Shown here: positions 28,404 through 37,965 of the stretch, piece after piece
Layout of the letters: each line of letters opens with the position of its first letter
Position numbering within the stretch: the first letter of the stretch is position 1
Source of the DNA: an uncultured Spirochaetota bacterium
Lineage (GTDB): Bacteria > Spirochaetota > Brevinematia > Brevinematales > JAOACQ01
Length of the DNA: 64,000 nucleotides
Direction: 5' to 3'
NCBI GenBank assembly: GCA_963768055.1
Contig: CAVYGN010000001.1
Span: 1,280,001 to 1,344,000, forward strand
The notes under the pieces: generated by a model
Database searches by the model: none
What the model saw: the letters and a program-made list of their open reading frames with translations, nothing else
Told to the model about the DNA's origin: nothing
Translations under genes and position numbers: made by a program

Positions 28404-28989
28404 CTAATTCTTTATAAATGATTCCAGCGAAATAGTGTTTATATTTTTTAAATCCAAATCATTTCTCCAACAAATTACAATTCCATTAAAATTCAAAGGA
28501 TGACAATGCTGTTTATAATTTGAACTTAAATATTCAAACTCAGCTTCAATTTCTTCATTTTTATCATTTATAAGTAAAGCATCTGGGAAATCAGATTGAA
28601 TATGTTTAATCTTAAAACCCAGCTTTTGTGATAAAATCACAAATAATGCAATAGTCTCATATTCATTTGAAGGCTCATAAAGCATATTACAATCATAATT
28701 TAATGGCATGTTTTTATTCTTTTTATTCTTTTTTTGGGAGGATTCAAGTTCAAATTCAAATTTATCTTTATAATTTGCAGTAATATAATCAACCGCTATT
28801 TTAAAACCACCCCATTTAGTTTTATAAGGAGTCCAAGAATATTTAGAATTTATTCTAAATTCATTATTACTTGGAATTTTCATTAATTTGTTTGCGACCT
28901 TTATAAATTCATCTACCAATTCTTCCCTTGAGATCTCAGGCTGTCTTGGAGGAGATTGAGGTGGATTTGGAGTTAACCCGGCTTCCAAG
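28404..28989 (-). pseudogene. 3' part of IS-disrupted gene: second homing-endonuclease-associated repeat plus PD-(D/E)XK-like nuclease domain
   Basis: SREELVDEF...IPS..EF....KYS...Y...WGGF repeat; YEPSNE..FPDA..EAEFEYLSSNYKQH..IVICW; joins 31525-31707 in frame once the IS and one TSD copy are removed. Confidence 0.8.
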
Positions 28990-29089
28990 TGTCGAGGACC
29001 GGGTAGATTCCCCAGTGGCAGGGGCATGAGATTCCCCACCTTTTCCTGAAAAATACCGTTCTTGATTTTAGAGAGAAATCATAAAACTT

Positions 29090-29836
29090 TCAAATAGTTT
29101 TCCCTTCCTTCCGGAAAGATTTTCCATCTTTGGATTTTACCAGGATTTTAATTGAGCCTGAAACAAGGCGGTCAAGCATAGCCCCTCCAATCACAGGATC
29201 AGGGAAGATTGCCAGCCAGTCCTCCGGAGGCCGGTTGCTTGTCAGAATAATGGACCTGTTTCCAAGCCTTTCATCGACAATCCGGTATAGGTATTCCGTT
29301 TCTTCATTGTCGAGTTTTTTAAATCCGAAATCGTCTATTATCAGGAGGTCTGTTTTAATACACTTTCTGAATAGAGTATTCTTAAACATAAGCTTTTCGC
29401 TTTTCAAGTCTTCAAGAAGAACCGCGGCTTTCTTGAAAAGAACTGTGTTTCCTCTTCTGCAGGCCTCATGGCCGACTGATTTTGCAATGCATGTTTTACC
29501 TATGCCGGGAGGCCCGGCGATGACAACAAACTGTCTCATATCCATGAAACGGCAGGACGCGATTTCACGAATAAGCCTTGAAGGGATAGCGCTCTCATTG
29601 AAATTAAAATCAAACCCCTCGAAAGTGTTTTCCTGGCCGAACTTCGCTTCTCTCAGCCTCTTTTTGAGCATGTTATTATCCCTCTGGCATAATTCATCCT
29701 GAACTAACAAAGAGAAAAATTCTCCATAGTCCAGGTTTGATTCTTGAGCCTCCCTGATCCGCATAGGAAGGTTGAATAGCATCCCAGGAAGCTTTAACCT
29801 CCTTAAGTTTGCCTCAAGCTGATTCTGATGTTCCAT
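29090..29836 (-). CDS. istB: IS21 helper ATPase IstB
   Basis: LRRLKLPGM, GPPGIGKT, LLIIDDFG, TSNR..EDW..IF.DPVIGGAMLDRL. Confidence 0.93.
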   Translation of the reverse strand: MEHQNQLEANLRRLKLPGMLFNLPMRIREAQESNLDYGEFFSLLVQDELCQRDNNMLKKRLREAKFGQENTFEGFDFNFNESAIPSRLIREIASCRFMDMRQFVVIAGPPGIGKTCIAKSVGHEACRRGNTVLFKKAAVLLEDLKSEKLMFKNTLFRKCIKTDLLIIDDFGFKKLDNEETEYLYRIVDERLGNRSIILTSNRPPEDWLAIFPDPVIGGAMLDRLVSGSIKILVKSKDGKSFRKEGKTI

Positions 29837-29854
29837 ATTTCCTCCTCATTATCT

Positions 29855-31398
29855 CTATTGAAAGTAATAGCTGCCGTCCCTGGTCATTTCAGACCCTTCT
29901 TCTGAAATTTCAAACAGGGTGTCCTATTTATCCTTTCCTTCATTTTCCATCCAGCTTTTGAATAGTTTGGGATCGGTTATTTTTGCCGATATTGCTCTTT
30001 CACAGACTTTATTAAAGTATTCTTCTTTCGAGAATGTTTCCATTACACTTAAGAACCCCAGGGCCCTCCGGCAATTCAGATTAGCATGAACAGCAAGGAT
30101 TTGAAAGATCAACTGGTATGCGGCTTCTCCGTATTTCCTCGACTGGTCTAATAAATACTTGGGGTATCCCCCGGATAGCATCTCCCTTGTATTCTCCGGA
30201 AAATCAGTCTTTTCATATGCTGCATGTCCTCTTGGTACGACAAATTCCCGGATAAGTTTGTACTGGAAGAAGATCTTCACTAAATTGCCGGTTCTCCTGA
30301 CAAAGACTTCCTCTCCACGATACCTGGGAGGCAGGGAATACCTCTTTTTCTCGAACTGGACAAATTGGTCCGGGTGTACCTTGGCCTTTTTCCATACGGG
30401 AGTCTTAAACCTTTCTTCAGGAAGCTTCTTAAGCAGGGGCTTCTCTATCGTTTCAAATACCTCTATTGGTTTCAAACCTGTTGTTCCATGGTTCCTCATC
30501 CCGTATTCATACCTGCACCATTCCAGAGCTTTGATGTTTAATTCCTTTAACGAGGCTCCGGGATTAAGGGCTTTAAGTTTTCTGAAAAGCTCTCTGGCAA
30601 CAGGGACCATTCTCTCTATCTTGGCTTTATCCTTTGGTTTCCTTACCCTGCAAGGATCAAGAAAAGTATTGTAATACTCCGCATAATCAGCATATGCCTG
30701 ATTATATTTAGGATCGTAAAGGTCCGATGATATGATGCCGGTTTTCAGATTGTCCAGGGATATTCTTACAGGCACACCGCCGTAAAACTCCAGCATATCC
30801 ACATTGCTTTCAACGAATGATTCCTGGTTTTGTGAATAGACATATTGAACAAATGGCAGCCTTGAACTCGACATTATTCCGATAAAAGACTGCACGATCT
30901 TGTTGTGCCCCAGGTATTCCATTGTGCCGGCCCTGCCGTAGTCAAGCTGGATCTCCTGACCAGGGTTAGTTTCAATCCGGATGGTTTCCTTTAATTCTTT
31001 AGCTGTAAGGCCGCTCTTTATCGAGAATCTCTTGAAACTTGTATAGCTTATGTCCAGATTATGCCTTATACAGACAACTTCAAAGGCTGTCTTGGGTTTC
31101 ATTCCGTTTTTCGGGTCATTTATGAGCCCGTACAGCTCATCTTTATATCGTTCAAGTATGCTTGTGCCTTATTTTCATTTTTTGGAGGCCCTACAAAGGG
31201 GCGTTTCAGATGGAATTCTTCCCGGCTTATTGTTTCTCCCGCCTTTTCAAAGCCGTAATCGATAATTTTTTGAATCGCTAGTCGGACTGTTTTCCTATCC
31301 CTGTTTTCCTGTTCGGAAATTTCACTTATGCTTTGATCGGCTTTCCATCGTCTGTAAATGTCATAGTAATCCTGTTCGTTCATAAATCTGTACCCCAT
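29855..31398 (-). pseudogene. istA: IS21 transposase IstA with a frameshift and a premature TAG
   Basis: N-terminal HTH ORF 31120-31398 shifts frame into the DDE ORF (QLDYG, SLDNLKTG, KAKIER); TAG at 29924-29926 is followed in frame by ...EMTRDGSYYFQ* resembling the IstA tail. Confidence 0.85.
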
Positions 31399-31524
31399 CC
31401 ATTCCCCTCCGGTTTTTTCCGGAGAGTATGTTTGATTTTTTAGATTCTGAACAGGAAAAGGTGGGTGGGGAATCTCATGGCCCTATTTTGCCTTTTTACT
31501 GGGGAATCTGGGTGGCCCCGGACA

Positions 31525-31707
31525 TTCCAAGAGAGCATTTGAATAATTAGAAAATCTATAATATATTTGTTCAATGCTAAGTTCCCCCGGCAAACGTAAT
31601 TGTTTATAATCTTTTTGTGTTGGGGTTTTCCCTAATAAATTAGAAATTCTTTTAAGTGCAGATATGATATTTTGCTTTTCTTCAATTTTGTCATATTTAT
31701 GTTTCAT
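31525..31707 (-). pseudogene. 5' part of IS-disrupted gene: first homing-endonuclease-associated repeat
   Basis: MKHKYDKIEEKQNIISALKRISNLLGKTPTQKDY...IYYRFSNYSNALLE; ATG is 1 nt after the stop of the upstream gene. Confidence 0.8.
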
Positions 31708-31708
31708 T

Positions 31709-33073
31709 TCAATGTTTTTTCCTCCAAACATATTTATCTTTTATTAATTCTATTTGATTCCTATCTCTTAATCTATAAAAAACATTCTTCATAGTATTTT
31801 CTGACTTTATACCAGTTATTTCTCTGGCAATTGAATTGGATATTTCTAAATTACTTTCAAGATATTCCATCACTATCTGCTCTGGGGAACCAAGGGATTC
31901 ATGTCTTAATATCACTAACACAGAATTGTCATTATTATTTATTATAGGTGGTTTTAACCGTAATTTATTCATTGATTCATATGCTGTATTTAATCCTTCC
32001 CCAACATCTTTATTAGGCGCATCGGGAAATTTATTTATTATTCGAACTAATTTTGGGTTTCTCGCAAACTGTTCAGTTAATATATTTTCTTCTGTTATAT
32101 GCCCAGGCAATTTCCCTGGGCTTTCAATTTCAATACGATTATCAAATATCCTTATCTGAATATCTGAAATAATATTATAATCCCGATGTAATACAGCGTT
32201 CGTTATTATTTCATGTAAAGCTTCTTCAGGATAATTAATTGTTATAAGTCCTACTGGGGTCAATTTTTTTATTTCTTCTATGATCTCTTTACATTTATCA
32301 ACTGCTGTATATATTTGTCTAATAGCACAACCTTCAATAGAAATTGGATCAAATACAAGCATATCTCTTTCGGCATCACTTTTAGTTTGATATCTTAATA
32401 TTTTAATACCTGACCTTTTAGGTATAATCGCCTGTGGCTCATCAGCAAACAATAAAACACTTGCAACAATTGGTAAATCATTTTTAATTAGTTGCTGTTT
32501 TTTTAACCAATCAATTGGGTTTACATTTAAACCGGTCTCAATTATAAATTCAGTTATTGCATATGAATCCGAAATCGAACTAATATCACACTGTATGGTT
32601 GAATCTTCAAATGAAAATAAACCTTTTTCATATTCTAATCTTTTCAGGGCTTCGATACCTTCGACAGGTAAATTTTGAGCTGATTTTCTTATATATACTT
32701 TTCCATTTGTCGCTTTAATTGTATTAACTGTTTTATGTATTGTTAAATGTAAAATAATTCCATGATTATTATCATTTTTTAAATATTCATAATCATAAAG
32801 TCCACCAATATTTGACAATGATTCAAGTGTTTGAGTTATTGAATTTAAACTTTCAATATCTTCAAAACCATTCCATTTCCTTTCTTTTCCTTTATTACCA
32901 ATAACTTCTTCGATGCCTATATAAATTTCACCACCATAGCTATTTGCAAGAGCCGATACTGTATTAGTCAATTTACTTGGGACAATCTCAATGCTTTTAA
33001 TGTCAATAAAGTCACTTTCTTCAATTTTCATTAACTTTTCAACATTTTCATCACTGACTTTTATTACTATCAT
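31709..33073 (-). CDS. Schlafen/AlbA_2-domain protein with HATPase_c_4-like domain and C-terminal wHTH
   Basis: ESDFIDIKS, SALANSYGGEIYIGI, VYIRK; YPEEALHEIITNAVLHRDY, FDNRIEIESPG, RNPKL; ISNSIAREITGI; GGAGG RBS. Confidence 0.85.
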   Translation of the reverse strand: MIVIKVSDENVEKLMKIEESDFIDIKSIEIVPSKLTNTVSALANSYGGEIYIGIEEVIGNKGKERKWNGFEDIESLNSITQTLESLSNIGGLYDYEYLKNDNNHGIILHLTIHKTVNTIKATNGKVYIRKSAQNLPVEGIEALKRLEYEKGLFSFEDSTIQCDISSISDSYAITEFIIETGLNVNPIDWLKKQQLIKNDLPIVASVLLFADEPQAIIPKRSGIKILRYQTKSDAERDMLVFDPISIEGCAIRQIYTAVDKCKEIIEEIKKLTPVGLITINYPEEALHEIITNAVLHRDYNIISDIQIRIFDNRIEIESPGKLPGHITEENILTEQFARNPKLVRIINKFPDAPNKDVGEGLNTAYESMNKLRLKPPIINNNDNSVLVILRHESLGSPEQIVMEYLESNLEISNSIAREITGIKSENTMKNVFYRLRDRNQIELIKDKYVWRKKH

Positions 33074-33370
33074 ATTTGCCTCCTTCGTTTTTTAGCCATT
33101 ATTTTTTCTCCCGGGCAAGGTCAAAGATTAATATAATAGTGGAAATTCATTAATCATTTTCAAAAAACAGCTTTGATTTTAATCTATCTCGGCCGAAACC
33201 TCAATTTAATCAAGGATCATCGGCGAATTACCCCATCCATGGAAATCATCCTGCCAATTTACACAGCCAAGGCCCAAGGTGGTAGGATTGAGTCAGAAAA
33301 CTTGGCCTTCTCCCGGAAGATAAAAACGGAATATGAGAAGGCTATCAGCGATGATATTTAAGTACCTCTT

Positions 33371-33922
33371 TTATTTACGCGGATCTTTTTCTCTTCCACG
33401 ACACAATACAACTACTATAAAGCAAATAATAAATACAATAATAAACAGGGGAATAAAATCGTGGCAGTTATTAAAAATTGAAAACTTATCACAAACCGTA
33501 TATAAAAAAAGTACAACCCATAATAGAAAGATAAATAATGACAAGATTAAGTTAATTTTAGCAACATCAAAAGGGAAAATTTCTAATGGACAGAAAATTT
33601 TAATTAACTCTTTGTTAAAAGGGAAATCAGTATATATTTCATAAGCAGATTTAATAGCTTTTATTTTATCTATCCAATATTCATTCCAATATTGGCTACC
33701 TCGATTTACCAAATACCAACTAAAACTAAAAATAATTCCTAAAGACTCAATTAATAACTTCAAATGAATATGATCATTTCCTTTATTTAGAATTAAAAAA
33801 TAACCCGCAAAAATAGCACCAACAAAAGTCCAAAAGTAAGTCGCTCTTTTCCAATATAATTCAACTTCATCTTCTTGAGATTTAAGCAAATATTTAATGT
33901 AATCATCTTCTTTTAAAGACAT
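33371..33922 (-). CDS. Small 4-TM membrane protein of the ELYWKRATYFW type (resembles proteins annotated as RipA-family membrane proteins)
   Basis: EVELYWKRATYFWTF, SFSWYLVNRGSQYW.EYW; very AT-rich. Confidence 0.65.
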   Translation of the reverse strand: MSLKEDDYIKYLLKSQEDEVELYWKRATYFWTFVGAIFAGYFLILNKGNDHIHLKLLIESLGIIFSFSWYLVNRGSQYWNEYWIDKIKAIKSAYEIYTDFPFNKELIKIFCPLEIFPFDVAKINLILSLFIFLLWVVLFLYTVCDKFSIFNNCHDFIPLFIIVFIICFIVVVLCRGREKDPRK

Positions 33923-33959
33923 AAATTAAACCTCTCTTATAACAATTAATCTATGCCTC

Positions 33960-33988
33960 ATTATAAATCGTTAATGGTTAGCTGTCAA
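33960..33988 (-). promoter_or_regulatory. Consensus sigma70 promoter of the 33371-33922 gene
   Basis: Minus strand TTGACA-17 bp-TATAAT. Confidence 0.8.
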
Positions 33989-34096
33989 TCGGAAAATCAA
34001 AAAACACAGGTCAATAATGAAAGGTATGGACACCACTACAGACAGCAAAACAGCATTTAAAAAGTCCGAAATATCAGATTAAGGTTCCCTTCATCT

Positions 34097-34339
34097 GTGA
34101 TTAAGGAAAATGGTATATATTTCTGCAGGGAATTTCGGGAACGTACCGGGAAATCCTTGTTTGAATTCATCAATTCAGTTCGTATTGAAAAAGCCTGCCT
34201 TTTACTTAAAAAGACTAACCGGTCTATCATTGACATCGCATTTGAAACGGGCTACCAGAACCTGTCTTTCTTTAACTGCTATTTCAGAAAACTTATGAAA
34301 ATGTCCCCCCGGGAATACAGGGAGTATATTCAGAGTTAG
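34097..34339 (+). pseudogene. 5'-truncated AraC-family regulator (C-terminal HTH only)
   Basis: YFCREFRERTGKS..EFINSVRIEKACLLL...SIIDIAFETGYQNLSFFN..FRK...MSPREYR; no N-terminal domain. Confidence 0.75.
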
Positions 34340-34427
34340 ACCCTACCGGACCCTTTGACTATCGTAAGATTGAAGAATTTAACTTTTCATTCTATAATAA
34401 TCAGATTGAATACTATCGGAGAGGATT

Positions 34428-35447
34428 ATGCGAATTTTGACCGGAATGCAGCCCACTGGCTATCTTCATCTAGGCAATTACTTCGGCACATTGAAAAAAA
34501 TGGTAAATCTTCAGAACGACCGGGTAAAAAAATCTGAAACCTATTATTTTATCGCGGATCTGCATTCGATGACATCGAACCAGGGGACATATAAAACAGA
34601 AACCAGGGATTATATATTCAATATGGTCGTCGACTGGCTTACTTCGGGGATCGACCCTGAAAAATCCGTGCTGTTCCTTCAATCGGATATCCCGGAGCAT
34701 GTGGAACTTTACTCCATTCTTTCGACAGTAACGCCTATATCATGGCTCGAAAGAAATCCGACCTATAAGGAAAAGATGGACGAAATCGAGGGCAAGGAAC
34801 TTGATAATCTCGGATTTTTAGGTTATCCGGTGCTTCAAGCCGCGGATATAGCCCTTTACATGGCCGATTCCGTTCCGGTAGGCAAGGACCAGCTGCCTCA
34901 CCTCGAGATAAGCCGGGAGATAATCAGGCGTTTCAATAATATATACGGCGAGGGAACTCTTGTCGAACCCCAGCCGATACTCTCGACCGTATCAAAGCTC
35001 AACGGTCTTGACGGAAGAAAGATGAGCAAATCTTATAATAATGCGATCTTCCTCCGCGATGATGAAGAAACGGTAAAAAGCAAGATCATGTCTATGATTA
35101 CGGATGTCAAAAGGGCTTACAGGAAAGACCCGGGACATCCCGATGAATGCAATCTTTTCCCCTATTACGCGGCATTCGGCTGCGATAAGGATTACATAGA
35201 AAAAATAAGAAAAGACTGCGAATCCGCGGCCCTTGGATGCGTCGACGATAAGAAGAACCTTATCGCTTTGCTCTCAGATTATTTTTCCGATTACAGGAAA
35301 AAAAGAGCCATTATAGCCGGAGACAAGGATTCAATTTACGATATACTTAAGAACGGGGCCGGCAGGGCCCGCGAAACGGCAAGAAAGACAATGGAAAAAG
35401 TAAGAGAGGCTGTAGGCCTTTCTTCCAAAATACGCTACGGGAGTTGA
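34428..35447 (+). CDS. trpS: Tryptophan--tRNA ligase
   Basis: TGMQPTG.LHLGNY, YPVLQAADI, VPVGKDQ, KMSKS. Confidence 0.96.
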   Translation: MRILTGMQPTGYLHLGNYFGTLKKMVNLQNDRVKKSETYYFIADLHSMTSNQGTYKTETRDYIFNMVVDWLTSGIDPEKSVLFLQSDIPEHVELYSILSTVTPISWLERNPTYKEKMDEIEGKELDNLGFLGYPVLQAADIALYMADSVPVGKDQLPHLEISREIIRRFNNIYGEGTLVEPQPILSTVSKLNGLDGRKMSKSYNNAIFLRDDEETVKSKIMSMITDVKRAYRKDPGHPDECNLFPYYAAFGCDKDYIEKIRKDCESAALGCVDDKKNLIALLSDYFSDYRKKRAIIAGDKDSIYDILKNGAGRARETARKTMEKVREAVGLSSKIRYGS

Positions 35448-35448
35448 T

Positions 35449-36195
35449 ATGCTCGGCGTAATGAGAAGGGGATGTTCACTAACTCTCCGTAATTTCGAAG
35501 GACCCCTTGACCTTCTTCTTGACCTGATCCAGAGTGAAAAAATGGATGTCACTCAAATATCCCTTTCAAGTATTACAGATCAGTACCTGCTTTATATAAA
35601 GGCTTTGCAGCTGTTCAATATAGATATAGCTTCCGAGTTTTTCCTCATAGCCGCCACTCTTGTATTTATTAAAACAAAAAGGCTCCTTCCGGGATGCAGG
35701 GATGATAATATGGAAGACCTGCTGGATGAAAAGGAGCTTATTGATAAATTAAAGGAATATAAAAAATTCAAATATCTTGCACGCTCGCTCTGGTGGCTTA
35801 AGGAAGAAGGCGATATATACTATTCGCGTGATTTCACTTTAAATTATCCCGCCGGCGCGGCAGCCGTCCGAATAACAGAGAATATAGACAAGGTGACGAT
35901 CGGAGACCTGATAATGGTTTTAATGCGGTATAAAGGAGCGATCATAAGGAAGCCAATTCCAATTAAAAGAAAAGAAATCAGCGTTGAAGAAAAAATGACA
36001 AAGATCCTGAATATGCTCTCCGTTAAAAAAATCGTGAAATTCAGTGAAATCGCCCGTAATGACAATACGAAGATAGACAGGGTCGCTTCGTTTCTCGGGG
36101 GATTGGAGCTCAGTTTCAGGCAAAGAGTGCTTTTAAAACAACTTGCTCTCTTCACGGATATCGAGATTACAAAAAAAGAAACGGAATTGATATAA
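35449..36195 (+). CDS. scpA: Segregation and condensation protein A
   Basis: FEGPLDLLLDLI, ITDQYL, ASEFFLIAATL..IK. Confidence 0.92.
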   Translation: MLGVMRRGCSLTLRNFEGPLDLLLDLIQSEKMDVTQISLSSITDQYLLYIKALQLFNIDIASEFFLIAATLVFIKTKRLLPGCRDDNMEDLLDEKELIDKLKEYKKFKYLARSLWWLKEEGDIYYSRDFTLNYPAGAAAVRITENIDKVTIGDLIMVLMRYKGAIIRKPIPIKRKEISVEEKMTKILNMLSVKKIVKFSEIARNDNTKIDRVASFLGGLELSFRQRVLLKQLALFTDIEITKKETELI

Positions 36196-36208
36196 AGAGG
36201 ATCCTGCA

Positions 36209-36856
36209 ATGAATAATTCTTTGTTTATCAATAAAACTTACTCCAGGAGTGAATTGAAGGGCTTGTTCGAGGCTATCTTATTTGTAAGGGGAAAATCCGT
36301 CCCGATTGACGAACTCCAAAAGATTTTCGAATCGGCAAAAGACGATGTACTTTCAATTATCAATGAGTTAAACAACGATTATTCAACAAGGAAAAACGGC
36401 TTTTATATCATACCTGTGGCAGGCGGTTATCAGTTGGTTTCCAACCCTTGCTACCGTGAGGAATTGGAAGAATTATTCGGTAAAAGGAACGAAAATGTCC
36501 TTCCCAAAAGCTGTCTGGAAACTTTGGCCATAATCGCTTACAAACAGCCGATCTCCAAGGATGAAGTCGATAAGATCAGAGGCGTTTCAAGCACGAGGAG
36601 CGTAAATACACTCATAGCCCTGAAACTTATTACTATCACCGGAAGCGCCGATGATATCGTCAAATCGCCTGTTTATTCCACAACCGAAAGATTTCTTGAG
36701 TTTTTCCGGATCAAAAGCCTTGAAGACCTGCCTTCTCCCGAAAGTATAGAATTCAGTAAAATTATAGAAAATTCCGATGCTTTTTTTGACGATGATGAGG
36801 AAGATGATGAAGAGGATAATAAAGAAACGAACCATATACCCTTTGAAGTTAAATAA
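36209..36856 (+). CDS. scpB: Segregation and condensation protein B
   Basis: EAILF, VAGGYQL, LETLAIIAYKQP, IRGV, YSTTERFL..F.IKSLEDLP. Confidence 0.93.
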   Translation: MNNSLFINKTYSRSELKGLFEAILFVRGKSVPIDELQKIFESAKDDVLSIINELNNDYSTRKNGFYIIPVAGGYQLVSNPCYREELEELFGKRNENVLPKSCLETLAIIAYKQPISKDEVDKIRGVSSTRSVNTLIALKLITITGSADDIVKSPVYSTTERFLEFFRIKSLEDLPSPESIEFSKIIENSDAFFDDDEEDDEEDNKETNHIPFEVK

Positions 36857-36876
36857 TTTCAAAGAATGGAGGATTT

Positions 36877-37965
36877 ATGCCGGGTGACATCAACGAAATC
36901 AATTTAAAAGAACTGAGGAAAAAAATCGACCAGATTGACATAAATATAGTCGAGTTTCTCGATGAAAGGGCTAAAATTGTTAAAGAAATCGGTGAATACA
37001 AAAAAGCGAACAATATCCCTATCTACCAGCCTGAGAGGGAAAAAGAGGTCAAAGCCCTTGTAATTTCCAAATCAAAAAAAGAGTTTCCTGTTGCAGCCCT
37101 CCTTCAAATTTTTACCGAGATCGTTTCCGCCGCAAGGGCTCTCGAGAAGCCTATCGTTGTAGCATATTTAGGACCTGAAGGGTCTTTTACAGAACAGGCT
37201 GTCTGGAAACATTTCGGAAGTTCTGTAATCATGAAACCGATAGCCTCAGTTGCCGATATTTTCCGTGAGGTTGAAAACGGGAAAATGGATTATGGCGTCG
37301 TTGCAATTGAAAACTCTCTTGACGGTTCGGTTAAGGAAACGCTGGATGAGTTCATCGATTCTCCTCTCAAAGTGCTGGGCGAAGAGTTCCTTACCATCCA
37401 TCAAAATTTGATGGCCAATGTTAATACGATTTCAGAGATAAAACGTATCTATTCCCATCCCCAATCTTTCGGCCAGTGCAGGACATGGCTTGAAACGAAC
37501 ATGCCGAATGTCGAAAAGATCGAGGTATCGAGCAATTCTAAAGCCGCAAGCATGGTACCATGGGAAAAATTTTCTGCGGCTATAGCGGGAAAGCTGGCTG
37601 CGGAGAAATATTCACTTAATATCCTTACTGAAAATATTGAAGACAATCCCGAAAATTTCACCCGTTTCTGGATAATCGGGAGCAATATACATGAATTTCT
37701 TAATCCCGAAAAAACATCCGTTCTCGTGTCTGTGAAAGACAGCCCAGGTGCGCTGCTTAAGCTGTTATCGCCTTTCCAGATGTTTAATATCAATCTGTCG
37801 AAAATTGAGTCGAGGCCGTCCAAGAGAAGACCCTGGGACTACCTTTTCTTTATCGATCTGGACGGCGGCATAGAGAATCCCGATGTTCAAAAAGCGCTTG
37901 AAAGGGTAAAAGAACAGTCCGTTTTCCTTAAGGTTCTTGGTTCATATTCCAAAGGGATCCTTTAA
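36877..37965 (+). CDS. pheA: Chorismate mutase/prephenate dehydratase
   Basis: LRKKIDQID, AYLGPEGSFT, SHPQ, NFTRF, IESRPS ACT domain. Confidence 0.95.
   Translation: MPGDINEINLKELRKKIDQIDINIVEFLDERAKIVKEIGEYKKANNIPIYQPEREKEVKALVISKSKKEFPVAALLQIFTEIVSAARALEKPIVVAYLGPEGSFTEQAVWKHFGSSVIMKPIASVADIFREVENGKMDYGVVAIENSLDGSVKETLDEFIDSPLKVLGEEFLTIHQNLMANVNTISEIKRIYSHPQSFGQCRTWLETNMPNVEKIEVSSNSKAASMVPWEKFSAAIAGKLAAEKYSLNILTENIEDNPENFTRFWIIGSNIHEFLNPEKTSVLVSVKDSPGALLKLLSPFQMFNINLSKIESRPSKRRPWDYLFFIDLDGGIENPDVQKALERVKEQSVFLKVLGSYSKGIL

Larger units (their letters stand above)
28990..31524 (-). mobile_element. IS21-family insertion sequence (2535 bp)
   Basis: TGTC...GACA termini, AGATTCCC(C)A subterminal repeats at both ends, istA/istB, 7-bp target duplication TTCCAAG at 28983-28989 and 31525-31531. 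Confidence 0.93.

Noticed and set aside
33173..33361. 62-aa plus-strand ORF inside the island
   Set aside because: TTG start, no RBS or recognisable motif; may be a gene remnant but cannot be supported
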